Source: an uncultured bacterium (lineage in GTDB: Bacteria > Zixibacteria > MSB-5A5 > JAABVY01 > JAHJOQ01). Taken from it: 10,033 nt of DNA. The notes under the pieces are model-generated. The model had not been told where the DNA came from. It searched no databases and saw only the letters and a program-made list of their open reading frames with translations. The stretch lies in NCBI GenBank assembly GCA_965369655.1, contig CBDUQR010000068.1, positions 1 to 10,033 of the forward strand. The letters are read 5' to 3'. Position 1 is the stretch's first letter. The number at the start of each line of letters is the position of its first letter. Shown piece after piece: positions 1 to 5,941 of the stretch. Made by a program: the position numbers and the translations under genes.

Positions 1-27
1 AATAGAATAAAACTCTATCTTCTCGAT

Positions 28-53
28 GTGTCCACTTAATCGGGGGAGGTTCA
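28..53. mobile_element. Terminal inverted repeat of an IS3-family element extending beyond the left window edge
   Basis: The reverse complement reads TGAACCTCCCCCGATTAAGTGGACAC, matching the typical IS3-family end pattern (5'-TG start, C-rich block, ..TGGACAC). The partner end and transposase are not in the window. Confidence 0.7.
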
Positions 54-212
54 ATTCATTGCTTGCAGTTGATACACTGTACGAGCAAGACTTTGCAGAG
101 ACAGGGTCGTTCTATGTTTTTGCAGTTGAGTTTCCTCAAATGACAACAACAGGAGGTGATACTAGTGGTGTGATGCATAATTAACGGGCATTATCTTGCT
201 TTCATTAGTCCT

Positions 213-238
213 CCTCCATTGTATAGTTGCAGTGGAGG
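213..238 (+). promoter_or_regulatory. Hairpin sequestering the transposase Shine-Dalgarno, overlapping a candidate -10 box (TATAGT 222-227)
   Basis: CCTCCATTGTA (213-223) can pair with TGCAGTGGAGG (228-238), 11 bp with 2 G-U pairs. GGAGG is the SD for ATG 247. Confidence 0.55.
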
Positions 239-246
239 TATTAAAG

Positions 247-1359
247 ATGCGCGTGGCAGAGGAAATCGTACTCAACAAGAAAGAACAGACAGCCCTTCAC
301 CGATGGTCACAAGGTCGCAGGGTTTCGGTGCGACAGAGTGAGCGAGCCGGGATGATTCTGCTGGCCGCAGACGGCATGTTGAACAAAGAGATCGCCAGCC
401 AAATGGGCGTTAAAGCTCACACGGTTGGGCGCTGGCGAAGTCGATTTGCAGAGTTGCGTCTGGCCGGTATCGAAAAGGATCTTCCTCGTGGTGGTCGCCC
501 GCGAGATCAGCGGGAGCAATTGGAAAGCGAGATCATTCGCAAGACCACACAGGAGACTCCGGAGCATGCGACCCATTGGAGCACCCGTCACTCGGTGATC
601 GTGATCCCGAACGATACTCTTGCTCAAGAGTTGAGTGTAAGTCAATCGATGATTCATCGGGTTTGGAGAGCCAATAGATTGAAGCCACATCTGGTCCGAA
701 CTTTCAAGCTGAGCCGGGATCCCCATTTCGAGAAAAAGTTGATCGACGTCGTTGGCCTCTATCTCAACCCGCCGGAGAAAGCACTCGTAATCAGTGCCGA
801 CGAGAAAAGTCAGATCCAGGCACTGGACCGGACGCAGCCCGGATTGCCACTGAAGAGGGGGCGCTGTGGAACAATGACCCATGATTACAAACGCAACGGT
901 ACGACGACTCTCTTCGCCGCCATTGATATGACCCAGGGCAAAGTCATCGCATCATGCATGCCGCGTCACAGACACCAGGAGTGGATCAGGTTCCTGAAGC
1001 AGATTGATGTAGAGACGCCGGAAAATCTGGACCTTCATCTGATCGTAGATAATTACGCAACGCACAAACATCCGAAGGTGAAGGCATGGCTCAAACGCCA
1101 CAAACGATTCCATGTTCATTTCATTCCGACCAGTAGTTCGTGGCTCAATGTCATCGAAAGATTCTTTCGCGATCTTGATGAAAAGCGGGTGCACCGAGGG
1201 ACTTTTGGAAGCGTGCCCCAGCTAATCGATGCCGTGATGGGTTATGTTGACCATCACAACAACGACCCGAAACCGTTCGTCTGGCGAAAAACTGCGGACG
1301 AGATAATCGAAAAAGTTGGACGAGCAAGACTCGCACTGGATAATGCCCCAACAGAATGA
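247..1359 (+). CDS. IS630-family DDE transposase
   Basis: N-terminal HTH ([22 protein letters not shown]), R-x-[44 protein letters not shown] and [15 protein letters not shown] 247 with SD GGAGG is preferred over TTG 196. Confidence 0.96.
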   Translation: MRVAEEIVLNKKEQTALHRWSQGRRVSVRQSERAGMILLAADGMLNKEIASQMGVKAHTVGRWRSRFAELRLAGIEKDLPRGGRPRDQREQLESEIIRKTTQETPEHATHWSTRHSVIVIPNDTLAQELSVSQSMIHRVWRANRLKPHLVRTFKLSRDPHFEKKLIDVVGLYLNPPEKALVISADEKSQIQALDRTQPGLPLKRGRCGTMTHDYKRNGTTTLFAAIDMTQGKVIASCMPRHRHQEWIRFLKQIDVETPENLDLHLIVDNYATHKHPKVKAWLKRHKRFHVHFIPTSSSWLNVIERFFRDLDEKRVHRGTFGSVPQLIDAVMGYVDHHNNDPKPFVWRKTADEIIEKVGRARLALDNAPTE

Positions 1360-1368
1360 ATCATACCA

Positions 1369-1708
1369 CTAGAGCTACATGATTATCTGGCAGTTGACCT
1401 GCATTTGGAACTGGACGGTCTCGCTTGATTGCAATCCACAGACGGTAGTGCAGTTTGCCTTGTAGCTGTGATATTAGATCACATGCACTCAAAGCATCTA
1501 ACAGAAAACAAACTATGCTATCATCAGGGATCTTGTTACAGAGATCTGAGTACTTGTCTACGAAGTAATCGTCATATCTTCTCTTTTTGTACTCTCTTTG
1601 GGTACGGTGATGGAATAGATAGACACTTCCGTTCTCTTCAATATCCGGTTCCAGACCACTGTGTTCAACAGTTTCTAGACTGAAATGGCTGTCACTTTTA
1701 TGAGCCAT
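1369..1708 (-). pseudogene. 5' fragment of a probable site-specific DNA methyltransferase (amino-MTase type), truncated at the IS630 end
   Basis: The start overlaps the endonuclease stop (coupled). The MAHKS.. start and L.Y.LWIAIK..GQLP..H.AL segment resemble, from recall, N-termini of N4/N6 MTases found beside such endonucleases. The ORF runs into the IS at CTAG and no catalytic motifs remain. Confidence 0.6.
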
Positions 1709-2758
1709 TCTGTATCACCGACTGCTTCATCGTCTTTGCTAAACGCAGTATGTCACCTTTGCTGAAATTGACTGTACAATCACTGGCTTCTATAATGGTC
1801 AGAAGCGCTGAAGTTCGTTCGAAATTACCTGCACCGTCAATTGCATAGGCGATTTTGTGCCCTTTTTTATTCAGTACTCGCTTCCTTGAAGTAGCTTGCC
1901 CTGCCTTCCTTTCAATCACACTATTTGTTGTGAATTGAAAACTCGCCTCGATTGCCCAGCAGAGCCCCGTTGTTGATTTGGCTACTATATCAAATGTAGT
2001 AAGCTTCGACTTGCCACCTCTAATTCTTTCCGTAATCCCTTTAATGGATTTGCTTGAAAAATCCCAATCAGGTAGTTCTTTCTTTAATACTTCTAACAAA
2101 TGTTCCTGAATGAGATTTCCCATTGTGTTTGACTGTGCTCCCATAGTCTGTCTACTGACCCATATGTATCTCTGACGAATATAATTCTCCAATTCATTCT
2201 CATTGCCCAGTATTTCGCCAAGTATGCATTTCTCACGAATTGCGGTTGGAAGTTCGGGTTCTATTACGGCACTTCCGAACAGAATAAGTGTGGAAACATC
2301 CTTTATTGCCTCATCCATTTCTCTTATGACACGGATACTCTTGCCGTCCAATCCTAGATTCTCATTACTCCACTTCTTGCCTTCAAAAAGCGACCTCATT
2401 TCACTTGAGTACATATTCCCATGAAATTCGTAGGTTAATGGTGTGTCACTTATCACTTGGGGAAGTTCTGTTGCATATCTCTTCAAGCTTTCTCCGCCTA
2501 CGTCTGAGATCACACAAAGGTGTTTTAGAAAGAGATTGGGATAGAGATTACTATTCAATTCAATTGCTTTGATCCATGCATCTGGGGCTGGTCTGCCAGT
2601 TTCAACACACTAATGAAACTTTCCTGAGTAGAAAGTAATATTGGTAAAACACTCAGATCCTTCTCCTTCTCGGCAATTTCATCTGGCCAATATATAACCG
2701 CCGTTTCTCTTAGTTCTTCTACTGACTTAGGACTTGCCATAACCGTTTTCTTTATCAT
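1698..2758 (-). pseudogene. Type II restriction endonuclease, BanI/HgiCI-like, split by a 1-nt frameshift near 2584-2590
   Basis: ORFs 2555-2758 and 1698-2558 join into ~353 aa if one base is added (..LKLAD-x-x-PDAWIKAIELNSNLYPNLFLKHL..). Motifs match recalled R.BanI: ELR..A..WP, PNLFLKHL...D.GGE, RYI.VSR, LTTFD, AIE.SFQ.TTNS.IERKAGQA, IAY.IDGAGNF.R. SD AAGGA lies upstream of ATG 2758. Confidence 0.85.
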
Positions 2759-2776
2759 CCCAATTCCTTATAAATC

Positions 2777-2805
2777 ACAGTAACCCGCCCTATGAGCATT
2801 GTCAA
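2777..2805 (-). promoter_or_regulatory. Candidate sigma70 promoter of the R-M operon
   Basis: On the minus strand TTGACA (2805-2800), 17 bp, TACTGT (2782-2777), just upstream of the SD and start. Confidence 0.6.
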
Positions 2806-2829
2806 TCATAATTCGACAGCAACCAAGCA

Positions 2830-3040
2830 TTACTGCGTCATCTCCCCCTCAAGAGCCCGCTCGTAGACCCGTTTGGTAAGGGCTTGCAGTAGCCCACCCT
2901 CGCCAACTATCTCCTCGGGCGTTTTGCCTGAGATCAACTCATCAATGAGCTTGTCTGCATCGTCGCGCTTGTCGACCATGTGTATCCTCCTTCTAATGAA
3001 TATACATCAGGGCCGCTTACACAAAAATACTTACACACTC
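2830..3040 (-). mobile_element. Truncated IS256-family element: left IR plus the first 49 codons of the transposase (2979..2830)
   Basis: Minus-strand end GAGTGTGTAAGTATTTTTGTGTAA is an IS256-type IR. SD AAGGAGG precedes MVDKRDDADKLIDELISGKTPEEIVGEGGLLQALTKRVYERALEGEMTQ*, a typical IS256 N-terminus that stops where HLGY is expected. This ORF is not in the supplied track. Confidence 0.85.
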
Positions 3041-3072
3041 TCGCATTCGATTACCGTCTCGGCAAACGTTCT

Positions 3073-3270
3073 GAGGCTGTCCCCAAAGTGCCACTCAACT
3101 TGAGCAGAAAGCTGACCCTGTCGCTCCCGCGGAGGCCCTTCGCTTTGCTCAGGATATCACGGGAGCCTATTTACGATAACGCATTCAATAGATTCCCGCC
3201 TTCGCGGGAATGACGGTACTTTCTTTCGCAAGCATGATTACCCACCTTTCGCGTCTTTTGGGACAGCCTC
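3073..3270. mobile_element. ~198-bp non-autonomous MITE-like element with 16-bp terminal inverted repeats
   Basis: GAGGCTGTCCCCAAAG (3073-3088) and CTTTTGGGACAGCCTC (3255-3270) match at 15/16. There is no transposase. The ends resemble IS1182/IS5-type termini (recall). A CTG duplication is possible if the ends are taken as 3074/3269. Confidence 0.75.
3120..3214. repeat. REP-like inverted doublet (ATTCCC-N8-GGGAAT type), left copy interrupted by a 24-nt insertion
   Basis: The right copy is TAGATTCCCGCCTTCGCGGGAATGAC (3189-3214). The left copy is GTCGCTCCCGCGGAGGC[3137-3160]GGGAGCCTA, with compensatory stem changes. Confidence 0.8.
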
Positions 3271-3288
3271 TGGACATCTGCCGGGCAC
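3271..3288. repeat. Right half of a REP-like hairpin, identical to 9651-9668
   Basis: TGGACATCTGCCGGGCAC occurs at both positions (18/18). A degenerate left arm CGGCAAACGT lies at 3060-3069 on the other side of the MITE. Confidence 0.75.
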
Positions 3289-3328
3289 AAGAACAACGAG
3301 GCGTTGCCATAACTGCACAATTATCTGA

Positions 3329-3356
3329 TTGACAGATTGGTTTGTGCGGATAATCT
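3329..3356 (+). promoter_or_regulatory. Candidate sigma70 promoter for natAB
   Basis: TTGACA (3329-3334), 16 bp, TAATCT (3351-3356), about 30 bp upstream of ATG 3388. Confidence 0.45.
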
Positions 3357-3387
3357 TGTGCGCTGCACTCAAAGACGATTGGAATCG

Positions 3388-4119
3388 ATGATACAGGCTA
3401 ATGATCTCTGCAAGATATTCAAGGACAAGAAGCGGGGCGAGGTGCGCGCAGTCGACGGCGTCTCGTTCGAATGCAAGCCGGGCGAGGTGTTCGGATTACT
3501 CGGTCCGAACGGCGCCGGTAAGACTACTACGCTCAGGATGCTTTCGACCGCGCTGAAACCGACATCCGGGACGGCATTGATCGATGGGCTCGATGTTGTG
3601 CAGGAGCCGCAGAAGGCGCGAAAGCGGATCGGGTTTCTCTCTGGAAATACAGGTCTCTACGGACGTCTGTCAGCGCGCGAGATGGTGACATACTTCGGGA
3701 AACTGTACGGCATGCAGAAAGATGCGATTGCCGAACGTATCGACAAGATATTTACCATGCTTGATATGCTCGATTTCGCCGATGCCCGCAATGACAAACT
3801 ATCGAGTGGCATGAAACAGAAAGTCTCGATCGCCCGCTCTGTGGTTCACGATCCTCCGGTGATGGTCTTCGACGAGCCGACCACTGGCCTCGATGTCATG
3901 TCGTCACGAACAATTGTCGGTTTCATCAACCGGTGCCGCGAGGATGGCAAGAGTGTCATCTTCTCGACACATATCATGAGCGAGGCTGCAAGGCTGTGTG
4001 ACAGGATTGCGATAATCCATAATGGCAGGATCTACGCCGCCGGCACGGTCCAGGATATTCTGAACACATCCGGGTGCGACAACCTGGAAGATGCGTTCAT
4101 TAAGATCATCGGAGAATAG
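3388..4119 (+). CDS. natA: ABC transporter ATP-binding protein, NatA-like (Na+ export)
   Basis: Walker A GPNGAGKTT, signature LSSGMKQ, Walker B VMVFDEPT and H-loop STH. It is coupled to a NatB-like permease. ATG 3388 is preferred over TTG 3337. Confidence 0.85.
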   Translation: MIQANDLCKIFKDKKRGEVRAVDGVSFECKPGEVFGLLGPNGAGKTTTLRMLSTALKPTSGTALIDGLDVVQEPQKARKRIGFLSGNTGLYGRLSAREMVTYFGKLYGMQKDAIAERIDKIFTMLDMLDFADARNDKLSSGMKQKVSIARSVVHDPPVMVFDEPTTGLDVMSSRTIVGFINRCREDGKSVIFSTHIMSEAARLCDRIAIIHNGRIYAAGTVQDILNTSGCDNLEDAFIKIIGE

Positions 4120-4121
4120 GC

Positions 4122-5354
4122 ATGCGTTTCAGAACAGTCTGGACAATCTACAGGAAAGAACTGACAGACACCCTGCGTGATCGCCGCACTCTTATCTTCA
4201 TGCTCGCGATACCGATTGTGGCTATCCCTCTTATGATTATGGCTATCTCTCAACTGATGATGAGTCAGATCGAAAAACAGATGAAGTACGAGTCGGTTGT
4301 GGTCGTTCAGGGTGCAGAGTATATCACCGACGAACTCTGGACGAGGCTTCTTGATGCCGACCGTGTCGAGGTGAAATCAGAGGAAGACTATCGCGCAGGT
4401 GATTCGGTTTGTGAGGGTGAGTTGAAGGCCGCACTGATTGCCGGAGAGTTCGAAGCCTTGATGGTGATCCCCGAGACTTTCGACTCTGCGATTGTCTCGG
4501 AATCGCGGACAGAGGTAGAAATCTATTTCGATGAAGCCGAGCTGAAATCTGAGTTCACTGTCAGGAAACTCAAAGATATTCTTGAACCGTACGGCGAATA
4601 TATAGTCGCGCAGCGTCTCGCGAGCCGCGATGTCCCCGCAGAAGTCATTGAGCCATTCGATATCAACAGCCACAATGTAGCTCCTATGAGAAAACTCGCG
4701 GGCGAGAAAGTCGGCGCGATGCTTCCGTATGTTGTCATTCTGATGTGCTTCATGGGCGCTATCTATCCGGCAATCGATCTTGCCGCAGGGGAGAAAGAAC
4801 GTGGGACGCTCGAAACACTCCTGGTCTCTCCTGCTTCGAGAGGAGAATTTGTTGTCGGCAAATATCTGGTTATTCTCACGACGAGCCTCGTGGCAGCGCT
4901 CATGTCGCTCGGCTCGCTGACATTTTCGATCAACTATATGATCAAAGGTCTCCCCGGAGAGATCGGCAAGATGCTAATGCTGCAACTGGACATTGGCACC
5001 ATATTGCTTGTCGTGCTCGTAGTCCTGCCGATGTCTGGTATATTCGCCGCCCTGCTGTTGTCGGTGTCAGTGTTTGCGCGGTCATTCAAGGAAGCTCAGA
5101 ATTACAGCAATGCGCTCACGATGATGATCATCCTGCCAGCGTTAGCGTCGATGCTGCCGGGCGTCGAGATGAGCTATCAACTGGCGTTAATTCCCGTATT
5201 GAACGCGAGCCTGATTATCAAGAACGCTGTCTCGGGCACTGTACAATGGAACTATGTTGCAACCGCATTTGTCGCATCAGTTGTCTATGCAGTTGTTTTG
5301 CTTTTCTTTGCGAAGAAATGGTTTGAAAGAGAATCCGTTCTGTTCAGAACATAG
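4122..5354 (+). CDS. natB: ABC-2 type permease, NatB-like
   Basis: KEL.DTLRDRRT N-terminus, one TM helix, a large extracytoplasmic loop, the AGEKERGTLETLL motif and several C-terminal TM helices. Confidence 0.85.
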   Translation: MRFRTVWTIYRKELTDTLRDRRTLIFMLAIPIVAIPLMIMAISQLMMSQIEKQMKYESVVVVQGAEYITDELWTRLLDADRVEVKSEEDYRAGDSVCEGELKAALIAGEFEALMVIPETFDSAIVSESRTEVEIYFDEAELKSEFTVRKLKDILEPYGEYIVAQRLASRDVPAEVIEPFDINSHNVAPMRKLAGEKVGAMLPYVVILMCFMGAIYPAIDLAAGEKERGTLETLLVSPASRGEFVVGKYLVILTTSLVAALMSLGSLTFSINYMIKGLPGEIGKMLMLQLDIGTILLVVLVVLPMSGIFAALLLSVSVFARSFKEAQNYSNALTMMIILPALASMLPGVEMSYQLALIPVLNASLIIKNAVSGTVQWNYVATAFVASVVYAVVLLFFAKKWFERESVLFRT

Positions 5355-5371
5355 CTATTGGGGAGAATAAG

Positions 5372-5575
5372 ATAATCAACAGCATCGAAGAATTCAATCA
5401 CGCATGGAAGAATATGTCCGAATCGACTGCGAAACTATTGTCAGCGCTCACCGACGCATCTTTGTCACAGAAAGTTGCTGAGGGTCACTGGACACTCGGT
5501 CGTATCGCGTAGCACATAACCCAGTCGATACCGGAGATGGCTAATCGCACCGGTCTCGAGGTAGTCGGACCGGGC
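5372..5575 (+). pseudogene. DinB/YfiT-like family protein pseudogene
   Basis: The frame reads (I)INSIEEFNHAWKNMSESTAKLLSALTDASLSQKVAEGHWTLGRIA*HITQSIPEMANRTGLEVVGP. SD GGAG is followed by ATA in place of ATG, TAG (5510-5512) replaces the expected Trp of TLGRIAWH, and the C-terminal half is missing. Confidence 0.8.
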
Positions 5576-5645
5576 GGAGACCGAAAGCGTAGCTCCTGTA
5601 TCGTCGAGATCGAAATAGTTTTTTGCCAGATGGGTGAAAAAAAGA

Positions 5646-5673
5646 TTGACACTACCGATATGTTTTGTACATT
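5646..5673 (+). promoter_or_regulatory. Candidate sigma70 promoter for the ABC exporter operon leader
   Basis: TTGACA (5646-5651), 16 bp, TACATT (5668-5673), preceded by an A-tract. Confidence 0.6.
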
Positions 5674-5755
5674 CGTGAAACAACTAGAGAGATTATAGCG
5701 TAGAACGTTCACAATAATGGAATAACCTTAACCGCTGAGGAGACGAGTGATTCGA

Positions 5756-5827
5756 ATGAGAAATACATCCGTACCGAATTGTATCCAGGGTCTCGTATGG
5801 CTCCACGGTGGGAGAGGTGTATCATGA
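5756..5827 (+). CDS. Putative 23-aa leader peptide MRNTSVPNCIQGLVWLHGGRGVS (alternative in-frame GTG start at 5747)
   Basis: SD GAGGAG at 5737-5742. The ORF lies between the promoter and a terminator, and contains the predicted antiterminator strand. Confidence 0.55.
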   Translation: MRNTSVPNCIQGLVWLHGGRGVS

Positions 5828-5852
5828 TCTGAAGCAGATCGTGAGAGCTTTC

Positions 5853-5888
5853 AAGCCCGCTGTGACCAGATGGTTCGGCGGGCTTTTT
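5853..5888 (+). terminator. Intrinsic terminator / attenuator upstream of the ABC exporter genes
   Basis: Stem AAGCCCGCTG / CGGCGGGCTT with an inner ACC/GGT stem, ending in TTTTT, about 55 nt before ATG 5942. Confidence 0.75.
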
Positions 5889-5941
5889 CGTCGCCGAACT
5901 GTCAGAAAAGTTGAACGTATTGACAAAGTGAAGGCAAGACG

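Larger units (their letters stand above)
162..1372 (+). mobile_element. Complete IS630-family insertion sequence
   Basis: CTAG is present at both ends (162-165, 1369-1372). The imperfect ~34-bp terminal IRs are left CTAGTGGTGTGATGCATAATTAACGGGCATTATC and right (reverse complement) CTAGTGGTATGATTCATTCTGTTGGGGCATTATC. They enclose a single transposase ORF. Confidence 0.93.

Noticed and set aside
307-1351. Minus-strand ORFs inside the IS630 (191, 80 and 66 aa)
   Set aside because: They are antisense shadows of the transposase with no recognisable motifs.
2575-2600. Programmed ribosomal frameshift in the nuclease
   Set aside because: There is no X-XXY-YYZ slippery heptamer or obvious stimulatory structure. 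A mutation or sequencing error is simpler.
2555-2758. 67-aa ORF as a separate controller (C) protein of the R-M system
   Set aside because: It has no HTH and matches the N-terminus of the BanI-like nuclease, so it is the upstream part of a frameshifted gene.
2873-3213. Plus-strand ORFs of 76 and 77 aa
   Set aside because: They are made of the antisense IS256 stub and MITE/REP sequence.
5510-5512. TAG read-through or stop-codon recoding in the DinB-like frame
   Set aside because: natA and natB both end in TAG, and the gene also lacks its start codon and 3' half, so it is a pseudogene.
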